Under the pieces are notes generated by a model. The model was not told the DNA's origin. It saw nothing but the letters and a program-made list of their open reading frames with translations, and ran no database searches. A program made the translations under genes and the position numbers. Of a DNA stretch of 64,000 bases, positions 26,562-40,927 are shown one piece after another. Source of the stretch: Chrysomallon squamiferum (taxonomy: Eukaryota; Animalia; Mollusca); assembly GCA_012295275.1 (NCBI GenBank), contig CM022676.1, positions 12,276,001 through 12,340,000 of the forward strand. The letters are read 5' to 3'. Each line of letters starts with the position of its first letter. Within the stretch, counting starts at the first letter, position 1.

Positions 26562-28283
26562 TTAATTCTGATAGGCAATAAATATCACTTCTGGAAGAGA
26601 AAAATAGAAATTTTAAAAATTAATTTCTAATTAAGAAACATTGTTTCCAAATAAAAAATTATTAAAAAAATAAAACATTAAAAACTGATATATAAAAAAA
26701 AAAATTAAAAATGATGTGTGAGATATAACCTATTATGTGACACAAACAGGATACAGAAGTAAGTTGGAATACTAAGCTATTTCTATATTCACCAGAAACA
26801 CACACTACTTCTGTTTGGCTGTGAATACTTTTAGATGCAGGTTTTTATTTGTTAGGTTATTTTATTAACATTGAGTGTTCAGATGATTCCTGATGTTTGC
26901 ATAAAACCAAATAATCTTTTTTCAGATTACAGTAATTCATCTTCACTATACCAAACAATTCAAAATTTTATTTCAAACATTTAATGATAATTGTATACAT
27001 ATCTATTTATAAATTTGAAACTAGAGTGAATTTAACATGTACTTGACAAAGTATAAAGAAATATGATGTTACTGTGTATTTGGCAGACTGATTATTGTAA
27101 TGTTTTCCGACAACACTAGAAAAGAAAATTAGCCAGCCCTATATGCAATGACTTTCCAAACACAGGAAACAAAGATATTTTTTAAAATGTATTAATCTGT
27201 GTTATGCTTTCTTAGTAATAAAAGCTGTGTCATGAAATATACCTTTAAGTATAAAAGCCCTGTGTCATAGTACTTTCAAGTACTGAAATTCATGGCTGTC
27301 ATTGTAAGAAATTCAACCTGTAAATATGTTTTCATAATTTGTTTGGACTAGTTATTAAATTACAATTTTTATTTGATTGTAACTCAAATTGTTAACAACT
27401 TCTTCCTTTTCTGAGTGTTTTCCTGTGTGAATCTATTAAAACTTTGCAGGGTACATTGAAAAAAAATAAATAAAATTAAATTAATTAATTAATTAAAAAA
27501 CAATAAAAAATAAAAAATTTGTACTATGCATAAATACATAAATTTTAGCTATCATTTATTTTACTTCAGTGCTGAATTACTTGAAAAAAGAGAGAAAAAA
27601 CCACATGTTGGGCTGCTATTATGACCATTTGAATTAATAAAGTACTACTAAATTATTCCAATTAAATCATCATTAATTAGAAAATTTCTCTTTGTTCTGT
27701 CAGAAAAAGATAAAAGAAGTAAAATAAAAGATAAAATAATAAATAATAATATTAATAGAAAGACTGATTGATAGGTGCATTTAACCTTTAATTTTTAATT
27801 TTATGCAGCATTAATGAAACAAAGAATATTTACATATGTATCTAAATTTTCAATAAGTGTTGAGATCATACAGACACACACACACACACACCACTTGAAA
27901 CAAGACCATTTTTACTATCACTAGTACTACCTCTTAATTTATCTGTGTTAATAAATAAAATAAATTATATTAAAAAAATAACATCACCTTGTATTGAATT
28001 TGTAATGGATTAATGCTTTTCAGCATTCTGCACATGTACTGATATTTACTACTCTCTAAAGTGTGCATACTCTGACTGAATAATGTATATGAGCACTTTG
28101 CATGACGCAGGCTGTTGATAAATTACACCTCCAATATGCATTAAACAATTTTCAGCATGTGCAAAACAGGTTTTTGTGTAGACGTTTATTTTGATTCTGT
28201 ATTATTGAATTATATAATATTATAGTTCTAGTGTTATATATGCATATATTTATATATATATACACACACACACACACGCACAC

Positions 28284-28355
<72 letters not shown>

Positions 28356-30279
28356 ACTAATACCAGACTAAAGATCATTTGACAAAATAATATTTCTAAA
28401 ACAGTTTGTCCAAATAAGGTAATATTTGATATTTTGGCTTTTGAGAAGAACACTAAATTTGAACAAACACTGAGTCAGTCAAATAGGTGAATTAACAATG
28501 AATGACAGTCAGGATGATGGACAAACATTAGTGATAGAGTCAACAAGAATGAAATTAAATGGACAAACATGCAAAATGAAAAAATATAATAAAATAATGT
28601 ACATATATTATTATTTCTTTCATAATGGCTCCACAAAAGCCAGACCAAACTTTTATGGCATAGCCCCATCAAACTAATCCCTCTGGAGCAATATCTAGAG
28701 GGGATAGGAATTATCTCATTTTATATTATTACTTTTCTTTCTTTTCTTTTTTTTAGTCTGTTAATTTTTTTTTTTTTTTTTTCAAATGAGTTGACATAAA
28801 CTGAGGTGCTATAAAATGCTATTTCATAATCAGTCCAGCTTAGGTTAGCAAAACACAGCTCACTAGTAATAAAAGAGACACAACTGTTGTATAATGGCCA
28901 ATGTAACTAAACACAATTAAACATTTTTCTTTTAATTTATTATTATTTTTTATTGTTTGTTTTTATTTATTATTTATTTATTTATTTGAATATTTTTTTT
29001 TTTTTTAAATTTTCTTTGATTTGTAAAAAAACATAAAAAATATAAATAAATAAAAAATGTTAATACTTTATACACTGATGTGTTTAAATGATATAAATAA
29101 TATTATCATTTTATACAGCATTTAGTTTCACATAAATATAGGCCAAACTCGCCCGTTGAGAAATTCACTTTACATCGTCCTGGAAAAAATCGACTTCGGA
29201 CGAGATCGTCAGAAGACTCAGATTAGATACCATTTTGTTTTCATGCCTGCACTACTGCTTCTCTTCAAAGGGCTGTTTTCGTTTTTTTACGTTGTTTTTT
29301 TTTTTTTTTTTTTTTTTTCGCCACCGTTCAGTTATCATTTTTACATATTAATTTGTTTCGCTTTATTTTCAGATTCTTAGTTACGTCCATAAACGAAATT
29401 TCCCTGAAAAATACACTGTTTTTAAATATACTGTAAATTAGCGTACTATTTTGAGTTTGAGAATTCGGCATTTTTGTAAAAAACAAAAAAGTGATGGCAA
29501 ACGCCAGCAGCAGTCGTTAGTATCGTTACTTTGGCCGCTAAAGCTGGTTTGGTTATCATTTTCTAAAACGTTTGTAAGACAACCCAAATAAATAAAATAC
29601 ATTATTAAATTTTAGAAAGGAAAACCTACCTCTTTTTTTTTCTTTTTTTCTGTTTTTGTTTGATCCCGTGTCTTATTAATAAAACTGTTATAAACTTACA
29701 GCTTGATCGCTTAAAGACCACATTATGACGTCACCATGTTTAATTTCCGGCAACGAAAAAACACAATTTCGCCAGATAACAATGGGTATGCTCACAGCAC
29801 AATAACAGCAACAAATTAATAATAATAATAATAATGAAAAATAAATAATAGAAATTGTGCTAAATTCATAATGACATGCAGAAAACGAGGGGAAACAAAA
29901 GCAAAATGTTTTTATTTTTAAAGAAAATAAAAATATTTGTAGGTGCTGGCAGTTATCGGAACATCCATCAAAAACGAAAAATAATCATTTAGTTCAGTAT
30001 AGCCTGTAGAACTGTCACTATTAACCTAAACAGTTTAATACACTTTTAAAGCAGGGTTGTTTGATCTTTATTATGACGTCAATAAAAATTCGTAAAATAT
30101 AGAATACGCTGAACTGTCACTAGCAAGCTGCGTTTCTGCTAGTCTTTCGGACATGATAAAAATTAAATTAAGATAAACTGAAACAATAACCTACAATGAG
30201 TGGATCACCTGTATGCAACAACACTCACTTGAAATGGAAACTAAAATGAAGCACGCCTATGTCGAAAGTAGCCATTTAA

Positions 30280-30338
<59 letters not shown>

Positions 30339-32179
30339 CCCGGTTTTCTGGATTTTCCGGATTTCTTAAAGCCTGATAAATTGTTTGGTATCTATATTCG
30401 ATATTAATCAACAATTGTACAATATTAAAACTGAGAAGAATACAACAGATGTACAACAGAATAAATCGATATGATAAATGTGATAAAAAAAAAAAAATAA
30501 TAATAATAAAACAAATAAAAATTCGGTAACGGAGTTGCTATAGCAACATTCTTCACGGTTACAAACACCATATTTCTTAAATAAAAAACAATAAAAAAAA
30601 TCTCTATATTTCAGAAACTTGTGTGCTTTATTTTATAATTAAAGTCTATATATTTAATATCTTAGAAGTTTAATCCATTTATTCAAACTGGAAACTAATT
30701 ATTTGAAAGAACTGACGTGCGATAAATTGTTCCCTAAAGTTATCGCTATTTCACGGTGGCAAGCATTGCTTGCTGTGTTTATTTCTGTAAGACGTAAACG
30801 ACATTTTCATTTGTAATTTTCAGAAATCTGTTTTAACCAGAAGTTTTTATTTTATCTCATACATCTTCTTTGATTGAACATCAAGTAGTATCATAACTGG
30901 GTAAAAGTAAGTGGATTTTTTTGTTTATCTGTTGTTATTTTTTTATTATTATTATTATTATTTTTTTTTTTTTGGGGTTTGGGTTTTTTTTTTTTTTTGC
31001 GGGGGGGGATGGTGTTTCCGACTGTTTAATATTGAATTCAATAGATAAGGTATGTTCGCCTGTTCCATTTTGTAGGTAATGTAGATTTATATATTATATT
31101 TTACTATATAAATAAATTTTGCGTTTTCGAACATACTGAACTAATGTTTTGTGTGTTAACTATATAATAAAATATATAATATAATAATAATTATGACGAT
31201 TGAGAAAGCATGTAATATATTTTCAAATAAAATTACTATTATTACAATGAAATCACGTTCAACGTTATCATCAACATCATCGTCATTATTATTATAACGT
31301 AGTGGATATTTTAAAATAACTTTGTATTGTTCAACTTTCGGCAGTTATAGGAATATGAATCAACTCAGACGTTTTGGCACTAGAACAAATATAATAAATG
31401 CTATATAAAATAAAATAGGTAATTTTTGGCTTGTCCGTTGAAACAGTTTCTTTATATATGCACACATATGCTACATGTTTGGTCATTTTTAACTTAACAG
31501 AAATAAACTGGAACTATTTTTGAAGACCGCATGTATTCTTGTTTTTAATTTTTTATGAACGGAAATTTATAACAGAAATGTATAAAAACATAGCTTTTAG
31601 TGCCAGTTAATTTGTTGTGTGCGCATTTTATAGGTGAAATTAGACATCAACAAAATGGACTCACACGTTTTCCTGCGTATCTCTCTTCATTTAGTTTCAG
31701 AAGAACGAATCGCAGCAACTTTCTGCGAAGTATTTCTTCTTTGAAATTCTGAACATCTTGAAAATTTCTCTTTATTCTAATTATTAGTATTATTATTCCT
31801 GAAAAAAATGTTTAGGAACAATGATTTCGTTATCTGTTTGGGACTAAAGGCATTTTTTTTGGTGTTAAACTGTTTATCTCAATTATTAAAATATTTGTTA
31901 ATTCAGTTGTTTCACCCATATCAACCAAATTATACAGCTGCTCGAAAATCTCAGGTCTTTGAAGAATAACTCCTCCCCCATTGTCTAGTTTCATAAATTT
32001 TGAAAATATACCACCTCCAAATTGTTTCTAGCATAAATTTGGAAAATGACCACACTAAACCTTTATTATGAATTTCTCTTGTAAATGTTTATTTATTTAT
32101 TTATTTTTATTTTTATTTTTATTATTTTTTTTTTTGTCTTTCAGATTGAAATTCTGTGTCTGGTCAACTTTACATTTCA

Positions 32180-33329
32180 ATGGCTTTTAATTTAAACTGG
32201 GCATTTATCTCTGCTGTTTTTATTATGTCACTGAGATCATATGAAGGTAACGTAATTATTAAAAATGATTAACTGAAGTTAAAGAAAAAAACAATTTTTT
32301 AAAAAATCATGTTGTCACGGTGATTAGTCTGAGTGGTATTAATACCTAGAATTTTTGGCTCGTCCTGTCTAAAGGGTAGCAGACTATAATAGCTTAACGT
32401 GAAAAAGTGTTAATTATCTGAGACAGCTTAACCTACTAAATGACTATTTTGTATCCACTAGAGAACGTGTCGCTAGAAGGCGCATCGATCAAAAGATCTC
32501 GTTTAAAACGCTCGTCGAATATTATAGACATCGCGCGGACGTCAGTAAACGCGACTGCAGACAGCCTTTCTGAATTTACTTTGCAACTTAAATGCCAGTT
32601 TTGAGTTTTGTTAATCCCAGTGTTTCTTAGTTTATAAGATAACGGAACTTCCCCTAATTATATATATATATATATATTGACACAGTTTAAGTTAATCAGT
32701 GAATTTTCACTGACTATTGCATTGAAATGGTGAGACCCAATTCAGATGAGATCGTTATTCTATAGTAATCTTATAGTCCTTGATTGTTTTATTTATTTAT
32801 TTATTTATTTATTTTTTGAATTTATATTTTTATTTTTATTATTATTTACTTTTTAATCATTTAATTTATGCTTCAGTGAATTTTGCCTCACCTTGATAAC
32901 CTACATCTTATAAGATTCTCTTATGGAACTCTGTTGATCTATTTAAATGCGAAGGGGACAGGTAGCTTATAGAGCAGCAGTGGAGAAATGTAGTCTGTAA
33001 TGTATATATTTATGTCAGTTCACTTTTATTACTTTTCGCTGGATAGGAGTAGTGTTCTGACTTCATAATGATCCAGTTTAATGACGAATTGTGCTCAGTA
33101 TTCATTTCAAATGTTTCAAGATTTAGTTTGCATATTTTGTGGTGATAAAAAGTATTGTATCAACCAAGGACAGAGAACAAATCACACAACATGTAAATCA
33201 TTGTTAATTTGTTAATTTATTCATTTCTCGGTCCAGTTTGTTTTCATTCTTTTATTCTTTTTTTTTCTTTCCTTGCTTTTCCCGAATTTTGAAAGCAGTT
33301 GACACCTCAGTGTGATACACTGCAATCAC

Positions 33330-33366
<37 letters not shown>

Positions 33367-34912
33367 TTTTGCATATTTGAATTAATATTTATTAAAAATA
33401 TTTATTTATTTTACTATAACAATGATTTCCTAATTAGAGGAAATGAAATATGATTTGAGGAACGGTTCACTGTGTCATCAGTAACATTACAAATAATATA
33501 TCTCTTTCATTCCTGCCAAATACCTCTAGGCGAGTATGCGCACATGATCAGAGATGCGTCAGTCACGTGATACATCCACCTTAATAGAATATGTTAACAG
33601 AATATGTTAAAGATTGAATTAGTCTTCCCTTGCAGGACTCGCACATCTCAAATTGACGACTGGCAGACCTGCCAAAGGACGTCCTCTCAACATCACCTGC
33701 AAGTTGTTGAGTGGGAGCATAGATGGTTCTTTGGATTTTACTCGTGCTGATACTGCGCTTATTGCTCAGTGTGGCAATTCATTCAAAGCTGAGGACTGTT
33801 TTATGCAGGTACACGATGGATACTCAATTATTGCGTCCACTAGTGATACATACACACTGTCTGTTTTTAAGTTCAATCCTGATGTTGATCAAGGACTATG
33901 GCAGTGTACCGATGTAGATCCTGATTCAACTAGAGGCGAATTAAATATTACCTTAGCAAGTCAGTATCCGCATACCATGTTTCTATAATAATATTAGGTC
34001 TATGTTTTTATGTTCCAGCCCGTTCGCTCTCGAAATGTTAAATTACATATCAGACAGCTCTTTTAAAAATATCTAGTTTACCTGCTGAAACTGATTGCCA
34101 GTATAATTACAGTTAAGTCGTGTTCTATGGATCCCACTGCGTATAAACATTTGGCAAATATCCAGTAATATTACAAATGATCTTCTGATTAATAAGTTGA
34201 TCCATCAGTATAAATTTTAGTTAGTTTTCGAGGTTAAGTTTATCCTAACCCACATGACACCTATAAGAAAGAAATAATTTTGTGGCTAAATTAAATAATA
34301 ACAACAACAACCAAATAACAACAGTAAATGAAAAATAATAATAATTTTTAAAACGGAAAATCACATAAAAAATAGATAACTCAATTTCTATAAACAATAC
34401 TTTTAACGATGAAATAAAACAGTTGTCTCATTACTACTAGTAATAATCAGGGCTGTGGAACTGATTTTTTAAATTATTATTATTGTTATTATTTTATATA
34501 TTTTATTTTACTTTTGTTTATTATTTTATTTTTTATTTATTTATTCTTTTTTTTAAACAATTTTTTTATTTATTTTATTTTATTTTTTTTTATTTTTTAT
34601 TTCTTTTGTTATTGTTATTTTTACTGTTACTATTATAATTTTTATTATTTTTTATTGATTTATTTATTAAAAACATTTTTTTTTAACTATGTAAAAACAA
34701 AGTAATTAATAAAAACATTTTAAAATTCTCTTGGTAGTAGTTTCGAATATTTGTATATAAAAAGGAAATAACATTTTTCTTGGTTTTCTATTTAGGCATG
34801 AGAACAAGCGGAAGTGATTCTCGATTTTGTGACATGTTTTATCTTATAATCATGTAAGAATTTGTGTAATTGTGTCATTTCATTTATTTATTTATTGTTT
34901 ATTGTTCAATTT

Positions 34913-35003
<91 letters not shown>

Positions 35004-35705
35004 GTGTATGTTTCGTGTGTGTCTGTTTTCACTTGATCACCATTAATCAGTACTTCATATCGACTCGAGCAGTATTATGTAGACAATAAACTTTGAACGA
35101 ACAAATTATAGTATCATACAATTTTAATATAATAATAATAATAATAATAGTAATAATAATAATAATCAAATAAAAATACCGTTGGCAAAGATTAGCGTAA
35201 AAAAATGATGTACCAATCTCTAGCAGAGAGGCAGCGTTATCCATCCATATGTCCATCTGAGCTCTTCTCCACCAGAGGACGCTTTGACTAATTGCTTTCC
35301 ATAATCCCGTCAGCTGCTAATGTTATGCGTTTTCTTACTTTGCTCGATGTTTTAGATACGCACGACTGTTATCTGACCTGTGACTAAATCACAAGTCGAC
35401 TATACTTACGATGATTTTTGGACAAATGTGGTTTTATATTCTCAGTATAACGGTACGGCATTGTTCACATTTAACTTTTCATATATTATATTTATCTCAA
35501 CAGAATATAAATTCAACCAGACAAATTTTACACTGTAGGAGTTCGACTCTTCGTGTGTGTGTGTGTGTGTGTGTGCGTGTGCGTGTGCGTGTGCGTGTGC
35601 GTGTGTGGATTCACACACACACGCACGCACCTATCAATCCAGTATGTAAGATTTTGTTTTTCTTTCAGGTTTTTCAACGTTTCAGTCATCGTTGGTTTGC
35701 TGTAG
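32180..35705 (+). CDS. G7: single-Ig GPI-type protein
   Basis: Exons: 32180-32246 MAFNLNWAFISAVFIMSLRSYEG; 33636-33959 Ig (NITCKL...QCGNSFKAEDC...DQGLWQC); 34796-34853 SMRTSGSDSRFCDMFYLIIM; 35669-35705 FFNVSVIVGLL*. All GT-AG, frame open. Confidence 0.9.
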
Positions 35706-36433
35706 ATCTGCATACTCCTCAGAGATAGATAAACACTGAGAGAAACTAAATTATATTATTGTTTCCTTTTTTATACTCATTATATATTATTATTATTATT
35801 ATTAGTAGTAGTAGTAGTAGTAGTAGTATTTATTTATTCATTTATTGTTAATTTAATTATTATTATTAGTGGTATTATTATTATTATTATTTTAATTTTT
35901 TTTTTATTTAATTATTATTATTAAAGTTTTTCTTTTATCAGACTAATTATATTTTGTATTGTATCTTACTAAGTTAAGTCTAATACATTTTTATGCTTAT
36001 ATAATCTAATTTATATGAAAATATAACCTTTCAGTAAGTATGAGATATCGACGTAAGAGTACCTGATACATGTTATCTTTATTATAATTATATAGAATAT
36101 AGCTGTAAAATAGGAGAGAATGTATTATGTTTAGATAATGCAATATAATACTTCAAAAATTAGCTGATAATAAATTTATTTTCTGGCACTGATAGAAAGT
36201 TTGTTATGCTAAGTAGAGTTGTAATTTTTCACGAAATAATAAAGAATTGTTTCTTTATCGTTTGCTTCTAAGTGAATGGTGAACTAATGTATGTCTGTGA
36301 ATGCTGGTTAGAATGATAAATCAGAATTAATTGTTTTAAATAAATTTGACTTTATCTCAGAAAAGATTACTTACTTTACTGAAATTTATAAAGTTTCTGA
36401 TATTCATTGTTAAGTGTGAACTGTCTTAATATA

Positions 36434-37018
36434 CAGGGTGTCCCAAAAGTAACCGAACCGCACACTTAAATAAAATTAGATATTAAAAACAACAAATTTA
36501 AGCTGTATATTTAGTATTTACAAATGTTCAAAATGTCTACTTTGAACTTCAATACAATCACTGGTTTTGGACGACCTTTCTTAGGAGCATTTAACACACT
36601 TCCAGTTACTTCAAATTTGGATACAAGATTGAACATTGTCGATTTACTCGGTACAAGTGTTCTAGAGTTTACTTCCCATCTTTCTTCAACATGCTTGTTG
36701 CTAGTCATTGCATAGTAATTCTTAATAACGAAGATACGTTCATTTAAATCTAAAGTTCTTCGCTGCATTTGTAAGAGTGAGGGTACCATTTCAAGTCAAA
36801 CCATGGAGAGTCCAGTAGCGCGCGCTAAAACAGAAGTCTCGATCACGAAGAACACTACAGTCAGGTAACAAAAATCATTCCAAAGACTACTACGGACAGA
36901 AATAAATGAATAGTACAAAAGATAATATAAAATGACATAAAAGATGGAATTGAATTTGTTATTTTTAATATCTAATTTTATTTAAGTTTGCGGTTCGGTT
37001 TACTTTCGGGACACACTT
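36434..37018 (-). mobile_element. Internally deleted Tc1/mariner-superfamily element
   Basis: Imperfect ~55 bp TIRs (CAGGGTGTCCCAAAAGTAACCGAACCGCA... / ...TGCGGTTCGGTTTACTTTCGGGACACACTT) flanked by TA. Internal ORF 36511-36789 ERIFVIKNYY...PSKSTMFNLVSKFEVTGSVLNAPKKGRPK resembles an N-terminal transposase HTH (DUF4817-like); no DDE/DDD domain. Confidence 0.88.
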
Positions 37019-39295
37019 TACATTTACTTTGTTCCATATTTAAATAGTTTCACATTTTCAACTATGATGTAGCCTCATTTCGTTTTACTTTTACAAAAAA
37101 AAAAAAAAATTAACTTTCTTTTTTAGACATGATACAAATGTTCGTTGTTATGCTGTTTTAAAAAAGTACTCATTGTAATGTGTTGCACAATAAAGAGTTT
37201 CATTTCCTGTTTCCAATCTACTGTTTCTTTTTATTTTGATGAAAGTGTGCAGTTTTTTTGTTTGTTTGTTCTTTTAACAATCATGCCAATTCGTGCACTC
37301 AGCTAAGCGTACTTTCCTTCCCCCACCCCCAAGACACGAACTTAGCTATCTACGTTCTCACAAGTGAATCGGAATGAAAATGCATATATTTTCATCTAGC
37401 TGAAGAAAAAAAACAAGGACATGATAAATTGACACGTGTTGAAAGTTGTCAGAAACTGGATATTCTTAAAGAATTGATAATGTTCTTGACAAATGCATCT
37501 GACATATACTTTGTTTAGTGAACTCATAAGACCTCTGAGCTGAACGTCTAGCTCTGCAGATGACCTTAGCTATTTGACATTACCATGTTTGTCGTTTGAA
37601 GTATGTCTTGTAACATCGTTTTTCACAGGTGCGTTCGTTCAAAACAAAATGCTGTTTTAATTATAAGAATCGGATTAACATTGTGCAGTTTATTGCATGT
37701 TAAAATACTTAGAGATCATTCTGTAGCTTACGAGCTTTATAGGGGAGCCACTAAATGAGATTTCAGCTTTGAATGAATCTGGGGAAAAATGAATAGTGTG
37801 TCCACGTGTTAAATGCTTAAAGGCTGCATTTCTTTTTATATTATTATTATTATTTTATGTGTTTTTATTTTACTTCTTTTTTCTTTTTTTTTATTTTTTT
37901 ATAATGACATTGTGTAATACTGTATTCTAGTTAAAATACCTTAGAATGTGCGCTCTGAGACGGTGCAGTGTTACAGAATCTAATCATGAGTACAGCGAGT
38001 AAGTTTCGCGTAAAAATATCCAAGTTTCATGTTTTCATATTAAATTAGCAAACAGATTAACATGACGCATAGACTATTATTTTCAAGTTTTCAGTAGCGT
38101 GAACAGATATTGCATAAGTGAAAATGCAGAATGACACCGTATTGCAAAAGTTTTAATTTGTAGATATTTAATTTCATTACATTGCTTTAGTGATAGGAAC
38201 AGTTCTTAACATTCTTCTGTTGCTTCCTTGTGATGATGATTCAGCTCTGTCATTGTATGAATGTTAAGCTGTACTGTGAAAAATGTGTTAAATCTCAAAC
38301 GGAAGTTCCTTGGGTAAAATCGCAGCGAAAAAAAAAACCCAAATTAATTAAAAGAACATCTTTTGTTATAAATATGAGTCAGTCTTTTATTTCCCGCTTT
38401 TGAATACCTACTTTAAATAATTACGTTGTACTAAGAGGAAGAGTTCGCACGTATCAGTCTATTCTTATTTATTTATTACTACGCGTGCGCGCGCACCTGT
38501 CTCTTATTCAAGCGAAACAGTTTGGCTTAACAATGTTTATTAATTTTAATATGTAAGATCATCAAACCTTTCAATTTCTGTTTGTATTCTTTCACTGGAA
38601 ATTAAAAAAACAATATATATATATTTATATATGTAACGCAGTTTTAATAATAAAATATATTACTTAAAATTTATCAAGCTCGATGTGTTATGAAATAAAA
38701 CAAAATAACAACAAACTATATTTGTATTTCAACGTGCGACCTTGTTTATATCTGCTAAACTGTGTCCTAACTGGGCGCAAGCGAGGCAAGCGAATTTTAA
38801 AACACAACAACATTGATTTCAACTGCAGCATCCTAGCTCGAACTGTCGCGCCGCTAGCCATACTGCAAGCGTTCATTTAATTGGCTGCGTTGTCAGGATC
38901 AAGGTTTTTGGAGCTGTAGTGAAAACGGTGTCGGAAAGAAACGAGTATAATTGTTTACAGGACTCCTGGATGTTGCATTTAGAGAACGTTTTCTGTGTAA
39001 ACTAGACTATATTCACACATATTTTCGGCGTTTTACGGCCGAGATAATATAAATTATAATTATTTTCCAAAAGGAAATAACTATTTCAGCTGTGGAAACG
39101 TCCGCAGTCACTACGTAAGCAATGTTCGGTCATATATTTCATTAATATATATATAATACAAAATTAAAAAGGAAAAAGTAATTTTAATTCAAATTTTTTT
39201 AATATAATTTGAAACCAGAATAAATCCTTTTAATTTTATTACTGTGCTGTTGTTATTAATAACTATTCATTTCACAGTTATATCCGAAAAAAAAA

Positions 39296-39353
<58 letters not shown>

Positions 39354-40289
39354 TAACCTCAAAATTGAATAAATATTTGAAGTTCAAAATGTTAATAAAG
39401 TTTCTGTTAATTAACAATGTCTTAACAGCTCGTAGGCCTAGGCAGAGTGAGATGCGACGTAACCAACGTCGTTCATTTTCCCTTTCATGGATTACAGCCC
39501 CAGTGGATGGCTCATCATCGATTTCTAAAATCAAACGACATAGAAAAATATAGCATAATATATTTTATTAATCCAGTCATGTAGGCCTATAAGTCAGTGT
39601 CTGCATTCAATCGCTGGTCGATCACTACCACTAAAGAACGAGACATTTCTATTATTTTTAAGGCGAAAACTGCCCAAACTGACTTGTGCAACTGACTCTT
39701 CAGTAAGTTTGTGTAGGCATTTGTTTATAATATTGTTTTTCGTTTGCACAGAATTCTGTGGCACCCTTATATTCCTGTTTGGGATTGTGTTGCCTAGACG
39801 TACTATATCCAGGTAAATGAAAATGCAATATTTGATGAACTCTAAGTAACTCCTCAGTCACTTCACCGCAGTAAATTAAGACTTGGTTCAATATTTTATT
39901 TTATTTTTTTCTTATACAAGTTAAACTTCTGTTAATAATAAGGAAAGTTTAAAAAAAACTTCTAATTTTTTTAACAGTGTTAAATTTTGAGTTTTTTTCT
40001 TTCGTTTTTTTTATTAAATACTTTGGCTACTATTTCGAATTGGATTTATTTCAAGTCAAAGATTAAGAATATTTGATACAGTAGAAATATTTATCCAGTT
40101 TCTCTCTCACTGATAATGAACCAGAAGCAAAACAGAACGTAAAACTTCTTATGTGTCATTTGATAAAAAATATTCTACCTATAAAAAAGTAGGGGGAGGT
40201 AATGTTTAAGTTGTTAAATGGTTCCATTAATAATTAATGATGAAAATCTATTGAAAATATTTATTTTTACATTTTAGATTTAATATTCA

Positions 40290-40891
40290 ATGGCTTTACA
40301 ATTGAACTGGATCTTTCATTTTTTTATCATTTTACTGAGATCTGCTGAAGGTAATATATTTAAATTAGAAAATGAGTTTTATAGATAATACATTTTATAT
40401 ATGAAACTATTCACCCTTCAATCATTTCATTTTTAAAATCATTTTCCTGTTCTTATTATTGTTGTTGTTGTTGTTGCTGCTATTTGGACAACAAAATGTT
40501 GAACAGGAATTATCTCGAGTAAAAGGAATCAATACATCTCACTTACTATTTATTAATTTTAAAAAAATAATTCAATAATTATAGGATTAGAAAGTGCAAA
40601 CAAAAAATTAAAGAAATAAAATTATTTTTCTTGAATATTAATTTTCACAAATTTGTATTCATTCAGTGTAATTCGCAGATTCTGTAGCATATAAATGTTT
40701 CTCCACAGAAATATTTTGTCATGTTTCCATTTTAATTTTTAAAAATAAGGAATATTTTGGTGTGTAGTTATTCCTTATGATTATTATTTCTGTAACTAGA
40801 ATTTACTTTCATAATAAAATATTCAAGTTCTGTAGAAAGTGTAAGAAGGAAAACATGAAAGTAGTAATAACAATTAAATCTTTCAACAAAA

Positions 40892-40927
<36 letters not shown>

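Noticed and set aside
33468-33474. CACTGTG heptamer upstream of the G7 Ig exon, suggesting V(D)J-like signals
   Set aside because: No nonamer at 12 or 23 nt spacing, not adjacent to the exon, not noticed at other Ig exons; each gene has its own leader and tail.
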